Assembly (NCBI RefSeq): GCF_000829235.1
Contig: NZ_AP012549.1
Span: forward strand, 1,950,001-1,982,000
Length of the DNA stretch: 32,000 nucleotides
Direction of reading: 5' to 3'
From: a cyanobacterium endosymbiont of Epithemia turgida isolate EtSB Lake Yunoko
Lineage (GTDB): Bacteria; Cyanobacteriota; Cyanobacteriia; Cyanobacteriales; Microcystaceae
A program made the translations under genes and the position numbers. The notes under the pieces are model-generated. The model was not told the origin of the DNA. It saw only the letters and a list, made by a program, of their open reading frames with translations, and ran no database searches. Below are positions 8,541 to 17,740 of this stretch, piece after piece; within the stretch, counting starts at the first letter, position 1, and each line of letters opens with the position of its first letter.

Positions 8541-9889
8541 TTAAGTACTTTCTTTTGTAGTTCTTATACTGGGGTTACCCGCTTTATAAAATAACCCTTA
8601 TCCTCCTTATTCTACGAAATCAGTATCGATTCCCGCAAAAACAACGTCTCGGAAAATAATCTACGAGAACCATACCAGATGTGACGAAAGAAGGATGGAC
8701 CGACAAAGACTGTATGGGTAAAGGCAAATCAACCCGATGGTTAAAAAAAATATCGGAACTGAGAGCTTTGCTGACAAGTTATGTCACTTAAGTGAAGTTG
8801 ATGAAGCTCTCTAATGCACCACTCTAGAAAGTAGTTATTTAGTCAGTTGTCGAATATTTAGCTTCGATTGATTCTACACAGCGGAAGGGAATGTCAGCAC
8901 AGACAATTCCTTCCGCTGTGTAAGAACAATTGGAAAGATTCCAAAGAAGTTAGATATCCGACAAACGGTTAATTCACGACCTTCTTTGTCGGTGAATGCG
9001 GGGTGTCCGAGCCAAGCTTGAGCAATTTCATCTCCACTATCCATAGCCCCATCATCAAATAAACTTTTTTTAGCCAAATTGTTCCTAATTTAATTATCAA
9101 ACACTATTTTTTGGATATTTTTGATTTAGCTTTTTTTAGGCTATCTCCAATCGCTAGGTTGAATTCGACACTAAGATAAATTTCCTATTGAGAAACAACG
9201 CTTATCTCATTGATGACGGGTAAGTCCAAAAAATTCAATTTTGGATAGTTCCCTTTATGATGAAGATAGCGAAGAAAATAGCGGTAATACTTCTAGAAAG
9301 GACTACTTAAGTTCTTCTTGGTTGAAAACAGTTAAAGTTCGCAAGACCTCATTCCAGGACGATACGTTGGGCATGGCCAGTCAATCTATAAGGGTAGAAT
9401 ATCTACATCCCAAGACCTTAGGGTCTAGTTAAGTACAATGCTACGAAACCAAAGTAAAGTAACCCAGACAAGAACAAGTGAACACTAAACATCTTGAGTA
9501 AGTTTAAGGCAGTGAATTTGCCAATATATTAGATATTAATAAATAATTCAGGTCCTAGAAAACCCAGTGCCAAATAGCAGCTAGACTCGGTAAAGCAGAT
9601 AATCAAAATGTGCACTCACTCCTCCGAAATACCAGAAACCAGAATCTACACTAGGTTCTCCCGTGACATTCCAGTCACCCCAGGAGCCAGCAACGTCTTA
9701 AGGGTCCATGAAGAGAACAACAATCATCTCCTGTCGTCATAGTTAAGTTAAAAACAACATCACCCAGCTCATAAAGAGATATAGAATATGCTTAACCTGT
9801 TACAAGAGCGGTGTTCATAGGGTGAATGGAGACGAGTAGGACTAAACATTCAGAACGACTGTGTGAATTCGATACGAAGATAGTCCCAT
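8541..9889 (-). pseudogene. psbB: psbB (photosystem II CP47 chlorophyll apoprotein) pseudogene with multiple in-frame stops, frameshifts and about 175 nt of net deletion
   Basis: Hand translation of the minus strand gives these fragments, with the PsbB match (recalled) in brackets:
- MGLSSYRIHTVVLNV* [MGLPWYRVHTVVLNDPGRL]
- LLVSIHPMNTALVTG* [LISVHLMHTALVAGW]
- FMDP*DVAGSWGDWNVTGEPSVDSGFWYFGGVSAHF [FMARLGVTQSWGGWSITGE..DPGFWSFEGVALAH]
- [38 protein letters not shown] [[37 protein letters not shown]]
- PSG*FAFTHTVFVGPSFFRHIWYGSRRLF, then RDVVFAGIDTD [PRGWFTFGH...[24 protein letters not shown]]. Confidence 0.92.
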
Positions 9890-10446
9890 TGACTACGCTC
9901 CTCCTATTAAGGATATATCGGCTTCAATGCTTTTTTGTATTAGTTGTCTTGGGTTATTTAATTATTATCAAATCCGTGATCGTTCTTCAAGTAAATGTCT
10001 CCGCTCAAGATTAGGCTAACTTGTATTATTTTGAGAAAGTAAAAATTACCTAAAGAAGGACAATTAAATCATTGTTTAGACTCGATTGTAAATCTAAGAA
10101 GGCTACGAGTTATCTGGAAATTAAGTCTAATGTATCTATTTCAAGGTATCACGCTTCAATTACAAGATATCCATTCTCTTTTGAGCTGATGACTCTATTT
10201 CTTGACAATTATTCTCTCAGATGGAGTATGATTAGATTTTCTATCGTCCTGTACCGACAACAGTAAGTTGGCAGTAGGATAAAAATTTTCTAACAAAAAA
10301 CAACACGACAGCATTGCCTTGTCCACCACTACTTTAGTTTGTAATAGTAATATTGTCACTTTATTTTTCAATAAACTTCAATTAAATTTAAAACATCGAC
10401 ATTATAGTCAAAAGTCTCAAGAGTTGATAGAATTTTTGAAAATTTT

Positions 10447-10487
10447 ATTTTAGTCTTTTGGTTGGCAATGCCAACCAAAAGACTAAA
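10447..10487 (-). terminator. 19-bp perfect stem-loop just downstream of the FAD-oxidoreductase stop. It may be a terminator or an mRNA 3' stabiliser.
   Basis: tttt-agtcttttggttggc-aat-gccaaccaaaagact-aaaa, read directly, starting 8 nt after the stop. There is no canonical trailing U-tract, so its function is uncertain. Confidence 0.4.
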
Positions 10488-10494
10488 AAGCTAA

Positions 10495-12588
10495 TTATCT
10501 ATTCTGATGAGCATCAGATAACAAAGTTTGAGGAAAAGTAGTAGGATTTCCTTTCATTTCAAGTATTTGGCGCAATTCCTGTAACAAAGGTTCATGATTA
10601 GGTAAATTGTCTACAAACTCATAAGGTAAAGTGTTGCGTTCTAAAGCCAAATTGGCTAAGTTTCCAGCAGCTGCTCCTACAGACCATTCAAACCCATGTA
10701 CCCGATAAGCTGCTGCCGCAATATGGCTCGTAGCAATACTTTTTCCAGCCACAATCAAATTATCTATTTTTTGGGGAATCATTGCTCGTAGGGGAATTTG
10801 AGCAGGATGAGATCCTCCGTGAGCAATACGTACGTCTTGACGTTCGCGGTTACTAGGTCTTTCGGGGGGAGAAAACGCCATACAAGGATGAAAATCAATC
10901 ATATAGTTGACAATTCCTACTGAATCGTCATAAACTGTGGCATGAGTGCGCTGAGTGAGTAAATAAGAAGGAATAGTACTAATATTTGCTATTTTTGATT
11001 CTAGCTTGGCAATTGTATCCCGAACATTTTTATACATGGGACGAGGTAAAGTAGTTCGATAAAAATCTTGCCAATAATCTTTTGTAGAAATATCAATTTC
11101 GTTAATGCTAAACCCCTCTTTGTGATCAACAGAGGGTCGCCCAATAATACGCCTTCCTTCCCGGATATAAGGGTATTTAGACAACCCATGGACAGTCCCC
11201 ATAGGTGAATCTAACCCCTTTAAAAATCGATGGTTAGGATGTGGCTTTTTGACTCCATATCCGAGGCGTGAGTCAGTAGTTCCTGCTACCAACCAGTAGT
11301 AAAAACCTTTGGCTAATTCTTCCCCTTTTCTAAGGGTTTCTTGACGTAACCCCCCTTTCCATTCCCCGGGTTGTAGTTGCCCACTGTCTTGTAATTGATT
11401 ATGAGTATAAACTAAGTTATCATAACGAGTCCCAGGGCGATAATCATTACCCCATAACCAATTTTGCATAGATATATCTCCTGGAGTGGGACGGTTAACA
11501 GTCATCTGTCCAGCGCGAATGGGGTTTCCTTTTTCGGGACTCCAAATGCGTCGATAAGTGAAGATTAAATCGAAGTAAGCTAGTTTTCGATTAGAATCGT
11601 AACCGTAATAGGGAGCATACTGCTCATAAAAGTTTGGTTTATATTGAGGTTGGGGTTCCTTAGTATGTTCCATAGCAAAGGTATAGGTAAACCCTTGTGT
11701 GCAATAGGGATCACCTTTCTCGTTAGGGGCTGAAGGGTTAAGATGGGAACGAGGATCTAACCCAACCCTATAGGGAACGTCTGCTAAGGCAACAATTTCT
11801 CCTGTTTCTGTGGCTTCGATGACAAACCAATTAGCTTTTTGGGATGCATTCTGAGATTTAGGAATGAAGCGAACAATCTTTTTAGTTAACCGTTGGGAAT
11901 TTTGATAGCTATAAGCATCATCTATTATAGCGGATAGGGGTTCATGGTTGAGGGGAGGAGTTCCGAGCGCATTTTTGTGTTGAATAGCGATCACTCGTTG
12001 AATTTGTTTTCCATCTTTACTCAATTCTAAGTCTTTAACAACTGTTGCCGGGAGCCATCTGAGGTGTCCTCTTCCTAGGCGTTCAGCTTCTTTTAACTGT
12101 CGGTAAATTATGTTATGTCCATCCTTGGGGAGAAAACAGCTTTCACTTACCCAACAGTCTCCAGGGTTGAGGGTTCCATAACCACTAGTAATCGCGTTTC
12201 GTAGCTGTTGATATCCCTTGGGAAAAAGCTGCAATGATCGCTGTTTTTTGCCTTCATCGAGGGCAGAGTTCCCCTGAGATGATATTTGTCCTCCTACCCA
12301 GTCGGAAATATCTGTCAAACAAACTGTCCGTCCTCCTAATAAGGATTCATAGGCGGTAGCTGCCCCGGCGAGTCCTCCTCCAACAATCAGTAAATCACAG
12401 CTTATGGTTTCATCGGGGTCACGAGGTGATGCGGCGATCGCTGGTACAGTTGATAAAACTGATTGTCCACAGAGAACACTTAAGGATAAAGACACTATAA
12501 TACCCTGTAGTCCTTTATTTTTGCTGTCTTTTTTTTGGTGAAAACATCTTGACCTTAGTGATTGCGTTCGGTTACTTTTCCCCATCAT
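10495..12588 (-). CDS. FAD-dependent oxidoreductase of unknown specificity, with an N-terminal signal or anchor-like segment
   Basis: 697-aa ORF. Dinucleotide-binding motif DLLIVGGGLAGAATAYESLLGGRTVCL. Hydrophobic leader IIVSLSLSVLCGQSVLSTVPAIAASP. A C-terminal GKSIATSHIAAAAYRVHGFEWSVGAAAG segment is typical of the flavoprotein C-terminal FAD contact. Confidence 0.8.
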   Translation of the reverse strand: MMGKSNRTQSLRSRCFHQKKDSKNKGLQGIIVSLSLSVLCGQSVLSTVPAIAASPRDPDETISCDLLIVGGGLAGAATAYESLLGGRTVCLTDISDWVGGQISSQGNSALDEGKKQRSLQLFPKGYQQLRNAITSGYGTLNPGDCWVSESCFLPKDGHNIIYRQLKEAERLGRGHLRWLPATVVKDLELSKDGKQIQRVIAIQHKNALGTPPLNHEPLSAIIDDAYSYQNSQRLTKKIVRFIPKSQNASQKANWFVIEATETGEIVALADVPYRVGLDPRSHLNPSAPNEKGDPYCTQGFTYTFAMEHTKEPQPQYKPNFYEQYAPYYGYDSNRKLAYFDLIFTYRRIWSPEKGNPIRAGQMTVNRPTPGDISMQNWLWGNDYRPGTRYDNLVYTHNQLQDSGQLQPGEWKGGLRQETLRKGEELAKGFYYWLVAGTTDSRLGYGVKKPHPNHRFLKGLDSPMGTVHGLSKYPYIREGRRIIGRPSVDHKEGFSINEIDISTKDYWQDFYRTTLPRPMYKNVRDTIAKLESKIANISTIPSYLLTQRTHATVYDDSVGIVNYMIDFHPCMAFSPPERPSNRERQDVRIAHGGSHPAQIPLRAMIPQKIDNLIVAGKSIATSHIAAAAYRVHGFEWSVGAAAGNLANLALERNTLPYEFVDNLPNHEPLLQELRQILEMKGNPTTFPQTLLSDAHQNR

Positions 12589-13770
12589 TAGATGCTGCTA
12601 CTTATTTAAGGAGTTTGAAAAGGAGTGAAATAACAGTAATTTCTATGCATTACTGTCCCTTGAGTCTAGAAAAAGTAACAGAAAATCTCGAGATCTTTAA
12701 TATTTTTTCTAGATTTTGGTTAAATCTAAGATGGATTAATATATGTATTAAAAAATTTGTATACTAACTTCAGTTTCCATATTAATTTTATTGACTTTTA
12801 TTCTTTTTTAAGTTAATGATTAAACTCCTTGTTAGGATAAAAGCTTATTGCTTTAAGTGCTGTGAGATTATGATTCTCAAGTTTATAGAAAAAAAACGAA
12901 CTATCTTAAAGGTAATTAGGATTATTTGAATCAAAGTCTAGGGTCAAAATCCATTGTTTTATTATAATTATGTCCCTTTTAGACTTAGTATTATTAAATG
13001 GTAGTTAAAAACTATGTAAAGAACTTATCATAAATTTATTCTATAGGCACAAGGACTTAATTTTCACCAAAATTGAGTCCTTAAAATCCTCAGAACCTGG
13101 CAAAACAAAACTTTTAGCTTTTATTCATCATTATTTTGTTACAGCTAGGCTAGAAGGGACAGAATTATTAAAATATCTTTGTAAAGGATTAATTTTAAAA
13201 CAATTTCTTGAAAACCTAAGCTTAAACAACAATATTGTTAAGTATGTAACAAACGAAATCGAGTTCAATCTATCGTTTTGCTTAATTAAACTTATTTATT
13301 TGTCTAATGACTACTGGTTTCTTTTATAATAAAAAGATGGGGATAGAGAATTAAATAAAAATATTCTTGAATCTTTGGCTAAATTTAAATAATATACAAT
13401 TATATTTGTGTCTGAGTTAGTATTATCTTTCAAGGAAAGATAAAGTACACATTACCAATTTTGTTTCTATATAAGTAGATACTGATAGCAGTTTAAGCTA
13501 ACTTTCGGTAATTTTTTTTGGTAAAAATAGCTATACTATTCTCAGGTTTTTTAAGATCTGATAAATATCTTATTGAATCACTTTATAAAAATTTTTAAAA
13601 TCAATCTTTTTATATTTGTAAGTCTATCGATTAAATCCATCCTTCATTAATTATTCACTTGTGTCTCTGATGTTACTTGTCTTTCCCTAACTTCATCAAT
13701 AGAAAGGATAACTTTAGATTTCAATAAGATCTTGAATAGTGGTCGGTCGTCAATTACTGTTATCATTACT

Positions 13771-13941
13771 TCAGTACCTGAAAGTCCCCAAAATATTATT
13801 ATTGTGGTCGTATATAGTCACCATCAGTGGTAATAAATTCTCAAGAGAAAACACGGCATTAATATCTGAGCGGTCCGTCCTCCCTTTGCCTACAGAAGAT
13901 AATAATTCTCTGTCATAATTATGTTCAACAATAACTGTCAT
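13771..13941 (-). CDS. Short ORF (56 aa) coupled to txlA by an ATGA start/stop overlap. It may be the 5' part of a frameshifted gene.
   Basis: The ATG at 13941-13939 overlaps the txlA TGA (13940-13938). Product: MTVIVEHNYDRELLSSVGKGRTDRSDINAVFSLENLLPLMVTIYDHNNNILGTFRY*. A second open stretch in another frame continues to about 13650 (GLSGTEVMITVIDDRPLFKILLKSKVILSIDEVRERQ...). No family recognised. Confidence 0.3.
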   Translation of the reverse strand: MTVIVEHNYDRELLSSVGKGRTDRSDINAVFSLENLLPLMVTIYDHNNNILGTFRY

Positions 13942-14579
13942 ATTCGACTGTTAACTTCTAAGTTGATAACTTCTTGATGTACTTGCGCTCCATGACTACG
14001 GGAATCACTTTGACTTGATGAAGGAAAATTAACAGGAGCATTGAACATTGATGTTTGTCCGGTAGAGGCAGCATAGGGTAAGGTTTGGTGAGCAAGAAGA
14101 GCATCTAAATTAGCTTTCATCACTGATGATGGTTGTTCTCCAATGGTTTGGGCAATCGCTTCTCCTTTACCATTAAGAAAAACAAAATGGGGAATCCCAT
14201 TGACCCGATAGCGTAAAATTTCAGGTAACCATTTGTTATTGTCTACGTTAAGCATGACAAAATTGACATAATCAGCATATTTGTGTTTGATTTCTGCTAA
14301 ATATGGAGCCATAGCTTGACAACTGGTACACCAGTTAGCATAGAATTCAGTAAGTGTGGGCTTTCCATTGTCATAAGCTACTGTCAGAGGAATAGACTGC
14401 TTAGCTTGCGCTTCTAAAGACACAGAATTAGTTTGAGTTTGAAACCCCAAAAAAATAGCTGTACTAAGAACAATCCCAGCAAAAGCAATTGAAAAATTCT
14501 TAACTCGACCGACATTATTTATTTCAAACATAGTTTTCTTAGATAACTTAACTGATGAATGATTCTTTTTTTTCATCAT
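13938..14579 (-). CDS. txlA: Membrane-anchored thioredoxin-like protein (TxlA-like)
   Basis: 213 aa. N-terminal TM helix (FSIAFAGIVLSTAIFLGF), then a thioredoxin fold with active site EFYANWCTSCQAMAP and GIPHFVFLNGKGE. Confidence 0.8.
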   Translation of the reverse strand: MMKKKNHSSVKLSKKTMFEINNVGRVKNFSIAFAGIVLSTAIFLGFQTQTNSVSLEAQAKQSIPLTVAYDNGKPTLTEFYANWCTSCQAMAPYLAEIKHKYADYVNFVMLNVDNNKWLPEILRYRVNGIPHFVFLNGKGEAIAQTIGEQPSSVMKANLDALLAHQTLPYAASTGQTSMFNAPVNFPSSSQSDSRSHGAQVHQEVINLEVNSRI

Positions 14580-14583
14580 AGTC

Positions 14584-14619
14584 CGTTATCTTATTCTACT
14601 CTCGTAGAATAAGATAACG
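14584..14619 (-). promoter_or_regulatory. Perfect 15-bp stem / 6-nt loop hairpin ending 4 nt upstream of the txlA start codon. It may form a 5'-UTR translational structure.
   Basis: cgttatcttattcta-ctctcg-tagaataagataacg, read directly. No unpaired Shine-Dalgarno sequence is visible between the stem and the ATG. Confidence 0.35.
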
Positions 14620-14756
14620 AGCTATGATGAGATTACATGAATAAATAAAAATTAAAGACAAATTCAGATATCCTAAAAACTTGGACAAAGTTTATCTTTA
14701 AGTGGAGAAAATGAGATTATAAATCAAAAAACTCCATAAAAACACCCAAACATATA

Positions 14757-15161
14757 ATGAAAAAACGAGTTACCCTGACATTTCCCCGGCGAACAGTTCA
14801 GATGCCAGTGACTTATCGTCTCGCTAAAGATTTTAACATTGCGGCTAACATTATTCGCGCCCAAGTTGCTCCTAATCAAGTAGGCAAATTGGTTTTAGAA
14901 CTGTTAGGGGATATTGATGCAATCGAAGCAGCGCTCGAATGGGTGAGAGCACAAGAAATCGGAGTTTCTTTAGCTAGTCGGGAAATTGTTATTGATGAAG
15001 ACAGTTGTGTAGACTGCGGACTGTGTACAGGGGTCTGTCCTACCCAAGCTTTGACCCTCGAGCCTCATACATTTCATTTAACTTTTAAGCGATCACGCTG
15101 TGTCGTTTGTGAACAATGTCTTTCTGCCTGTCCAGTTCAAGCCATTTCTATAAATTTTTAG
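14757..15161 (+). CDS. NIL-domain protein fused to a 2x[4Fe-4S] ferredoxin domain
   Basis: 134 aa. The N-terminal half resembles the NIL domain (PVTYRLAKDFNIAANIIRAQV...GKLVLELLGD). The C-terminal half has two CxxCxxCxxxCP motifs (CVDCGLCTGVCP, CVVCEQCLSACP). Confidence 0.85.
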   Translation: MKKRVTLTFPRRTVQMPVTYRLAKDFNIAANIIRAQVAPNQVGKLVLELLGDIDAIEAALEWVRAQEIGVSLASREIVIDEDSCVDCGLCTGVCPTQALTLEPHTFHLTFKRSRCVVCEQCLSACPVQAISINF

Positions 15162-15222
15162 TTACGCTAAATAATTAAGATTTATTTACAAACTGTTGAC
15201 TTAAATCAAAAAATTAACTGCT

Positions 15223-16083
15223 GTGATCATTCAAGATAATTACGGGAAGTTTCTTAGTTTATATAAATCCGTAACAACCTCAGCTTATCTTCTTGTTACT
15301 CATGGTAGCCGAGCTCCTCGTCCTCAGATTGCTGCTAAACGACTGGCTTGTATAGTTAAACAACAATTAAGTCTAAGACTAATAAGCATTTCTCTGCCTT
15401 TTTCGACTAAAAATGGGACAGTTGAAACATCTGTGGGAAGATCAACGGCTCTACTACAATCTGTCTTCTCACCGCTTATCGAAACTGCTCCTTTAGAACT
15501 AACTTCCGTGCCCTTGAGTCATAGGATTCAACAATTGGGAGAAAAGGCTAAAATCCAAGGCATTCAAAATCTTAAGATTATCCCATTGTTTTTACTGCCC
15601 GGAGTTCATGTTAGGGAAGATATACCTAAAGAAATGGCGATCGCCCAACAGCATTTAGGGAAAACTATGCACTTAGAACTAATGCCCTATCTTGGTAGCC
15701 ATCGTAGGTTAATCTTCTTCCTATCCCGTCAATTCGAAGAGACTGCCACCGTTGGGAAAATTCTAATAGCTCATGGAAGTCGCTATGAAGGAGGTAATCA
15801 ACCCACTGAAGCTATCGCTTACCATTTACAAGCAATACCAGCTTATTGGTCTGTCTCACCGAGTTTAACTAGCCAAGTTAAGCTCCTAATTGAGCAAGGA
15901 AAGAAAAACATCACTATCGTACCTTATTTTCTGTTTGCAGGGAGAATCACCACAGCTATTGCCCAACAAGTTAAACAACTACAAACTTTACCTCAGATAA
16001 AACTTAAGATGGGCAGTCCTTTGGGAGCTACCTCTGAATTAGCCAGATTAATTGTAGAGATCATACAGGAAAATATAGGTTAA
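15223..16083 (+). CDS. cbiX: Sirohydrochlorin chelatase, CbiX family (two-repeat long form). Starts with GTG.
   Basis: 286 aa. Two CbiX repeats each begin with the conserved strand-HGSR motif (YLLVTHGSRAPRP; ILIAHGSRYEGG), with LFLLPGVHVREDIP and YFLFAGRIT. It lies adjacent to cobA. Confidence 0.8.
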   Translation: MIIQDNYGKFLSLYKSVTTSAYLLVTHGSRAPRPQIAAKRLACIVKQQLSLRLISISLPFSTKNGTVETSVGRSTALLQSVFSPLIETAPLELTSVPLSHRIQQLGEKAKIQGIQNLKIIPLFLLPGVHVREDIPKEMAIAQQHLGKTMHLELMPYLGSHRRLIFFLSRQFEETATVGKILIAHGSRYEGGNQPTEAIAYHLQAIPAYWSVSPSLTSQVKLLIEQGKKNITIVPYFLFAGRITTAIAQQVKQLQTLPQIKLKMGSPLGATSELARLIVEIIQENIG

Positions 16084-16124
16084 TTTCCCGAATAGTTTGC
16101 TTAAATACACAAAAATTTAGAAGA

Positions 16125-16904
16125 ATGACTAACAGCCCCCGCCAACCTTGTTTAGGAAAAGTGTACTTAGTCGGAGCGGGTCCTGGTGATCCCGGACTAA
16201 TAACCCTTAAAGGAAAAGCCCTCCTTGAACAAGCTGATGTTGTTGTTTACGATACACTGGTTAGTCCTCCGATCCTGGCTATGATTAGCGAGCACGCTGA
16301 GAAAATCCATGCAGGAAAACGGCGGGGTCGTCATTCAAAATTACAACAGGAAACGACCCGTCTATTAATTGAAAAAGCCTATACCCATGCAGTTGTGGTG
16401 AGACTAAAAGGGGGTGATCCTTTCATTTTTGGTCGGGGAGGGGAAGAAATGGAAGATTTAATTCAAGGTGGGGTTCCTGTTGAGGTAGTTCCCGGAATCA
16501 CCGCAGGGGTTGCTGCACCAGCCTATGGGGGAATTCCTGTGACTCACCGGGATTATAGTTCTTCAGTCACCTTTGTTACTGGACATGAAGCGGTGGGAAA
16601 ATATCGTCCTCAAGTGAATTGGTCCGCTATTGCCCAAGGTTCAGACACAATCGTAATTTATATGGGCATACACAATTTGTCCCAAATCGTGGAGCGATTA
16701 CAAGCAGGAGGTTTGAGTTCTGACACCCCAATTGCTTTGATTCGTTGGGGAACTCAACCCGAACAAACAGAATTAATTGGGACATTAGGAACCATTGTCG
16801 AGCAGATTCAAAAAACACAAATCGGAGCTCCAGCAATCGCTCTCATTGGTCAAATTGTTAATCTTCACTCAATTTTATCCCATTCCCGTCCTAGTTGTTT
16901 ATAG
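16125..16904 (+). CDS. cobA: Uroporphyrinogen-III C-methyltransferase (SUMT)
   Basis: 259 aa. Motifs: VYLVGAGPGDPGLITLKGKALLEQADVVVYD, VVRLKGGDPFIFGRGGEE, VPGITAGVAAPAYGGIPVTHR. Confidence 0.93.
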   Translation: MTNSPRQPCLGKVYLVGAGPGDPGLITLKGKALLEQADVVVYDTLVSPPILAMISEHAEKIHAGKRRGRHSKLQQETTRLLIEKAYTHAVVVRLKGGDPFIFGRGGEEMEDLIQGGVPVEVVPGITAGVAAPAYGGIPVTHRDYSSSVTFVTGHEAVGKYRPQVNWSAIAQGSDTIVIYMGIHNLSQIVERLQAGGLSSDTPIALIRWGTQPEQTELIGTLGTIVEQIQKTQIGAPAIALIGQIVNLHSILSHSRPSCL

Positions 16905-17024
16905 TAATCGTTGAGGATATCTAAGTCTTTTCCCCGATCTTAGTGGGTGAATATTTACGGAATTCAGAAAATAAATGGTATTATAATGAACTGCAACCAC
17001 AACATTAATAAAAATTTCTGTGCG

Positions 17025-17294
17025 ATGAGTTTAACAGCTAGTGAAAAACAGGAGCTGATGAGCTCCTACCAGGTCCATGAGACCGATACAGGTTCTCCTG
17101 ATTTGCAAGTTGCTTTACTAACGAAGCGAATTAGTCAATTGACCGGACATCTACAAAAAAATCCTAAAGATCATGCTTCTCGTCGAGGACTTCTAAAAAT
17201 GATTGGTCGTCGTAGACGGTTGCTTGCCTATATCAACAGCAAAGATCCAAACCGTTATCAAGCTCTAATTAAAAGCTTAGGAATCCGTCGCTAG
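17025..17294 (+). CDS. rpsO: 30S ribosomal protein S15
   Basis: I take the start at the internal ATG (17025), which gives an 89-aa product: [70 protein letters not shown]... The 26-codon upstream extension in the ORF track matches nothing in S15. Confidence 0.92.
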   Translation: MSLTASEKQELMSSYQVHETDTGSPDLQVALLTKRISQLTGHLQKNPKDHASRRGLLKMIGRRRRLLAYINSKDPNRYQALIKSLGIRR

Positions 17295-17351
17295 ATTAAG
17301 CTCTCTTTATGACTGACTTATCAAGCATCTTCTAGAAGACTAAAGGACAAT

Positions 17352-17385
17352 AAGCATGTCCTTAAACTGTTTTAAAGACATGCTT
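17352..17385 (+). terminator. Imperfect stem-loop downstream of rpsO (candidate terminator)
   Basis: aagcatgtc-c-ttaaa-ctgt-tttaa-a-gacatgctt, about 58 nt after the rpsO stop. No clear U-tract. Confidence 0.35.
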
Positions 17386-17554
17386 CATAAAACTTCTCAT
17401 TAAACGACTTTCTTAAGTTGCGAAAGACCTATAGCTTCTAAATATTTCCAGAATTCTCTACCCTTTGAATCTCGCCCTCTCTCAACTTTGTCAAAATCCC
17501 AAAAATGCCAATTTAAAGGCAATTCTTGATAATTTTCAGTTGACGGGGAATGTG

Positions 17555-17740
17555 ATGAACGACTTTTTGTATGATATTCTTACAGCTTTAAGAATTTCCT
17601 CATTTTTAATTTTTTCTTGGCTTGTCAGCTACAATTAGCTTTGTATTTCCACCTCGGTCGTTGGTGCAGTGAGTTTAGGTTTCTTTGGTTTAATGGTCTT
17701 GGGATTAAGCTACGGCATCTTTATCGACATTTTGGAATAA
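17555..17740 (+). pseudogene. 61-codon reading frame for a small two-helix membrane peptide, interrupted by one in-frame TAG
   Basis: MNDFLYDILTALRISSFLIFSWLVSYN*LCISTSVVGAVSLGFFGLMVLGLSYGIFIDILE*. The TAG is at 17636-17638 and the terminal TAA at 17738-17740, in the same frame. No family securely recognised. Confidence 0.25.

Noticed and set aside
8874-9077. 67-aa ORF that could be annotated as a stand-alone small protein
   Set aside because: Its sequence ([24 protein letters not shown]...FFGIFPIVL) is an internal block of CP47. It is one fragment of the psbB pseudogene, not an independent gene.
9241-10266. Plus-strand ORFs 9241-9432, 9826-10014 and 10072-10266
   Set aside because: The first two are antisense to the psbB remnant. 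The third is in AT-rich DNA, has no RBS and is not protein-like. All are judged spurious.
10260-10440. Possible 2Fe-2S ferredoxin remnant upstream of psbB (minus-strand ..FYPTANLLLSVQDD..)
   Set aside because: Only a YPT tripeptide and an acidic tail resemble plant-type ferredoxin. The cluster-binding CxxxxCxxC block could not be found, so the support is insufficient.
16947-17024. N-terminal extensions in the ORF track for rpsO (16947), birA (23248) and the epimerase (28085)
   Set aside because: The extended residues have no counterpart in the respective families. Internal ATGs give canonical N-termini ([30 protein letters not shown]). The birA extension would also overlap the divergent pgeF start.
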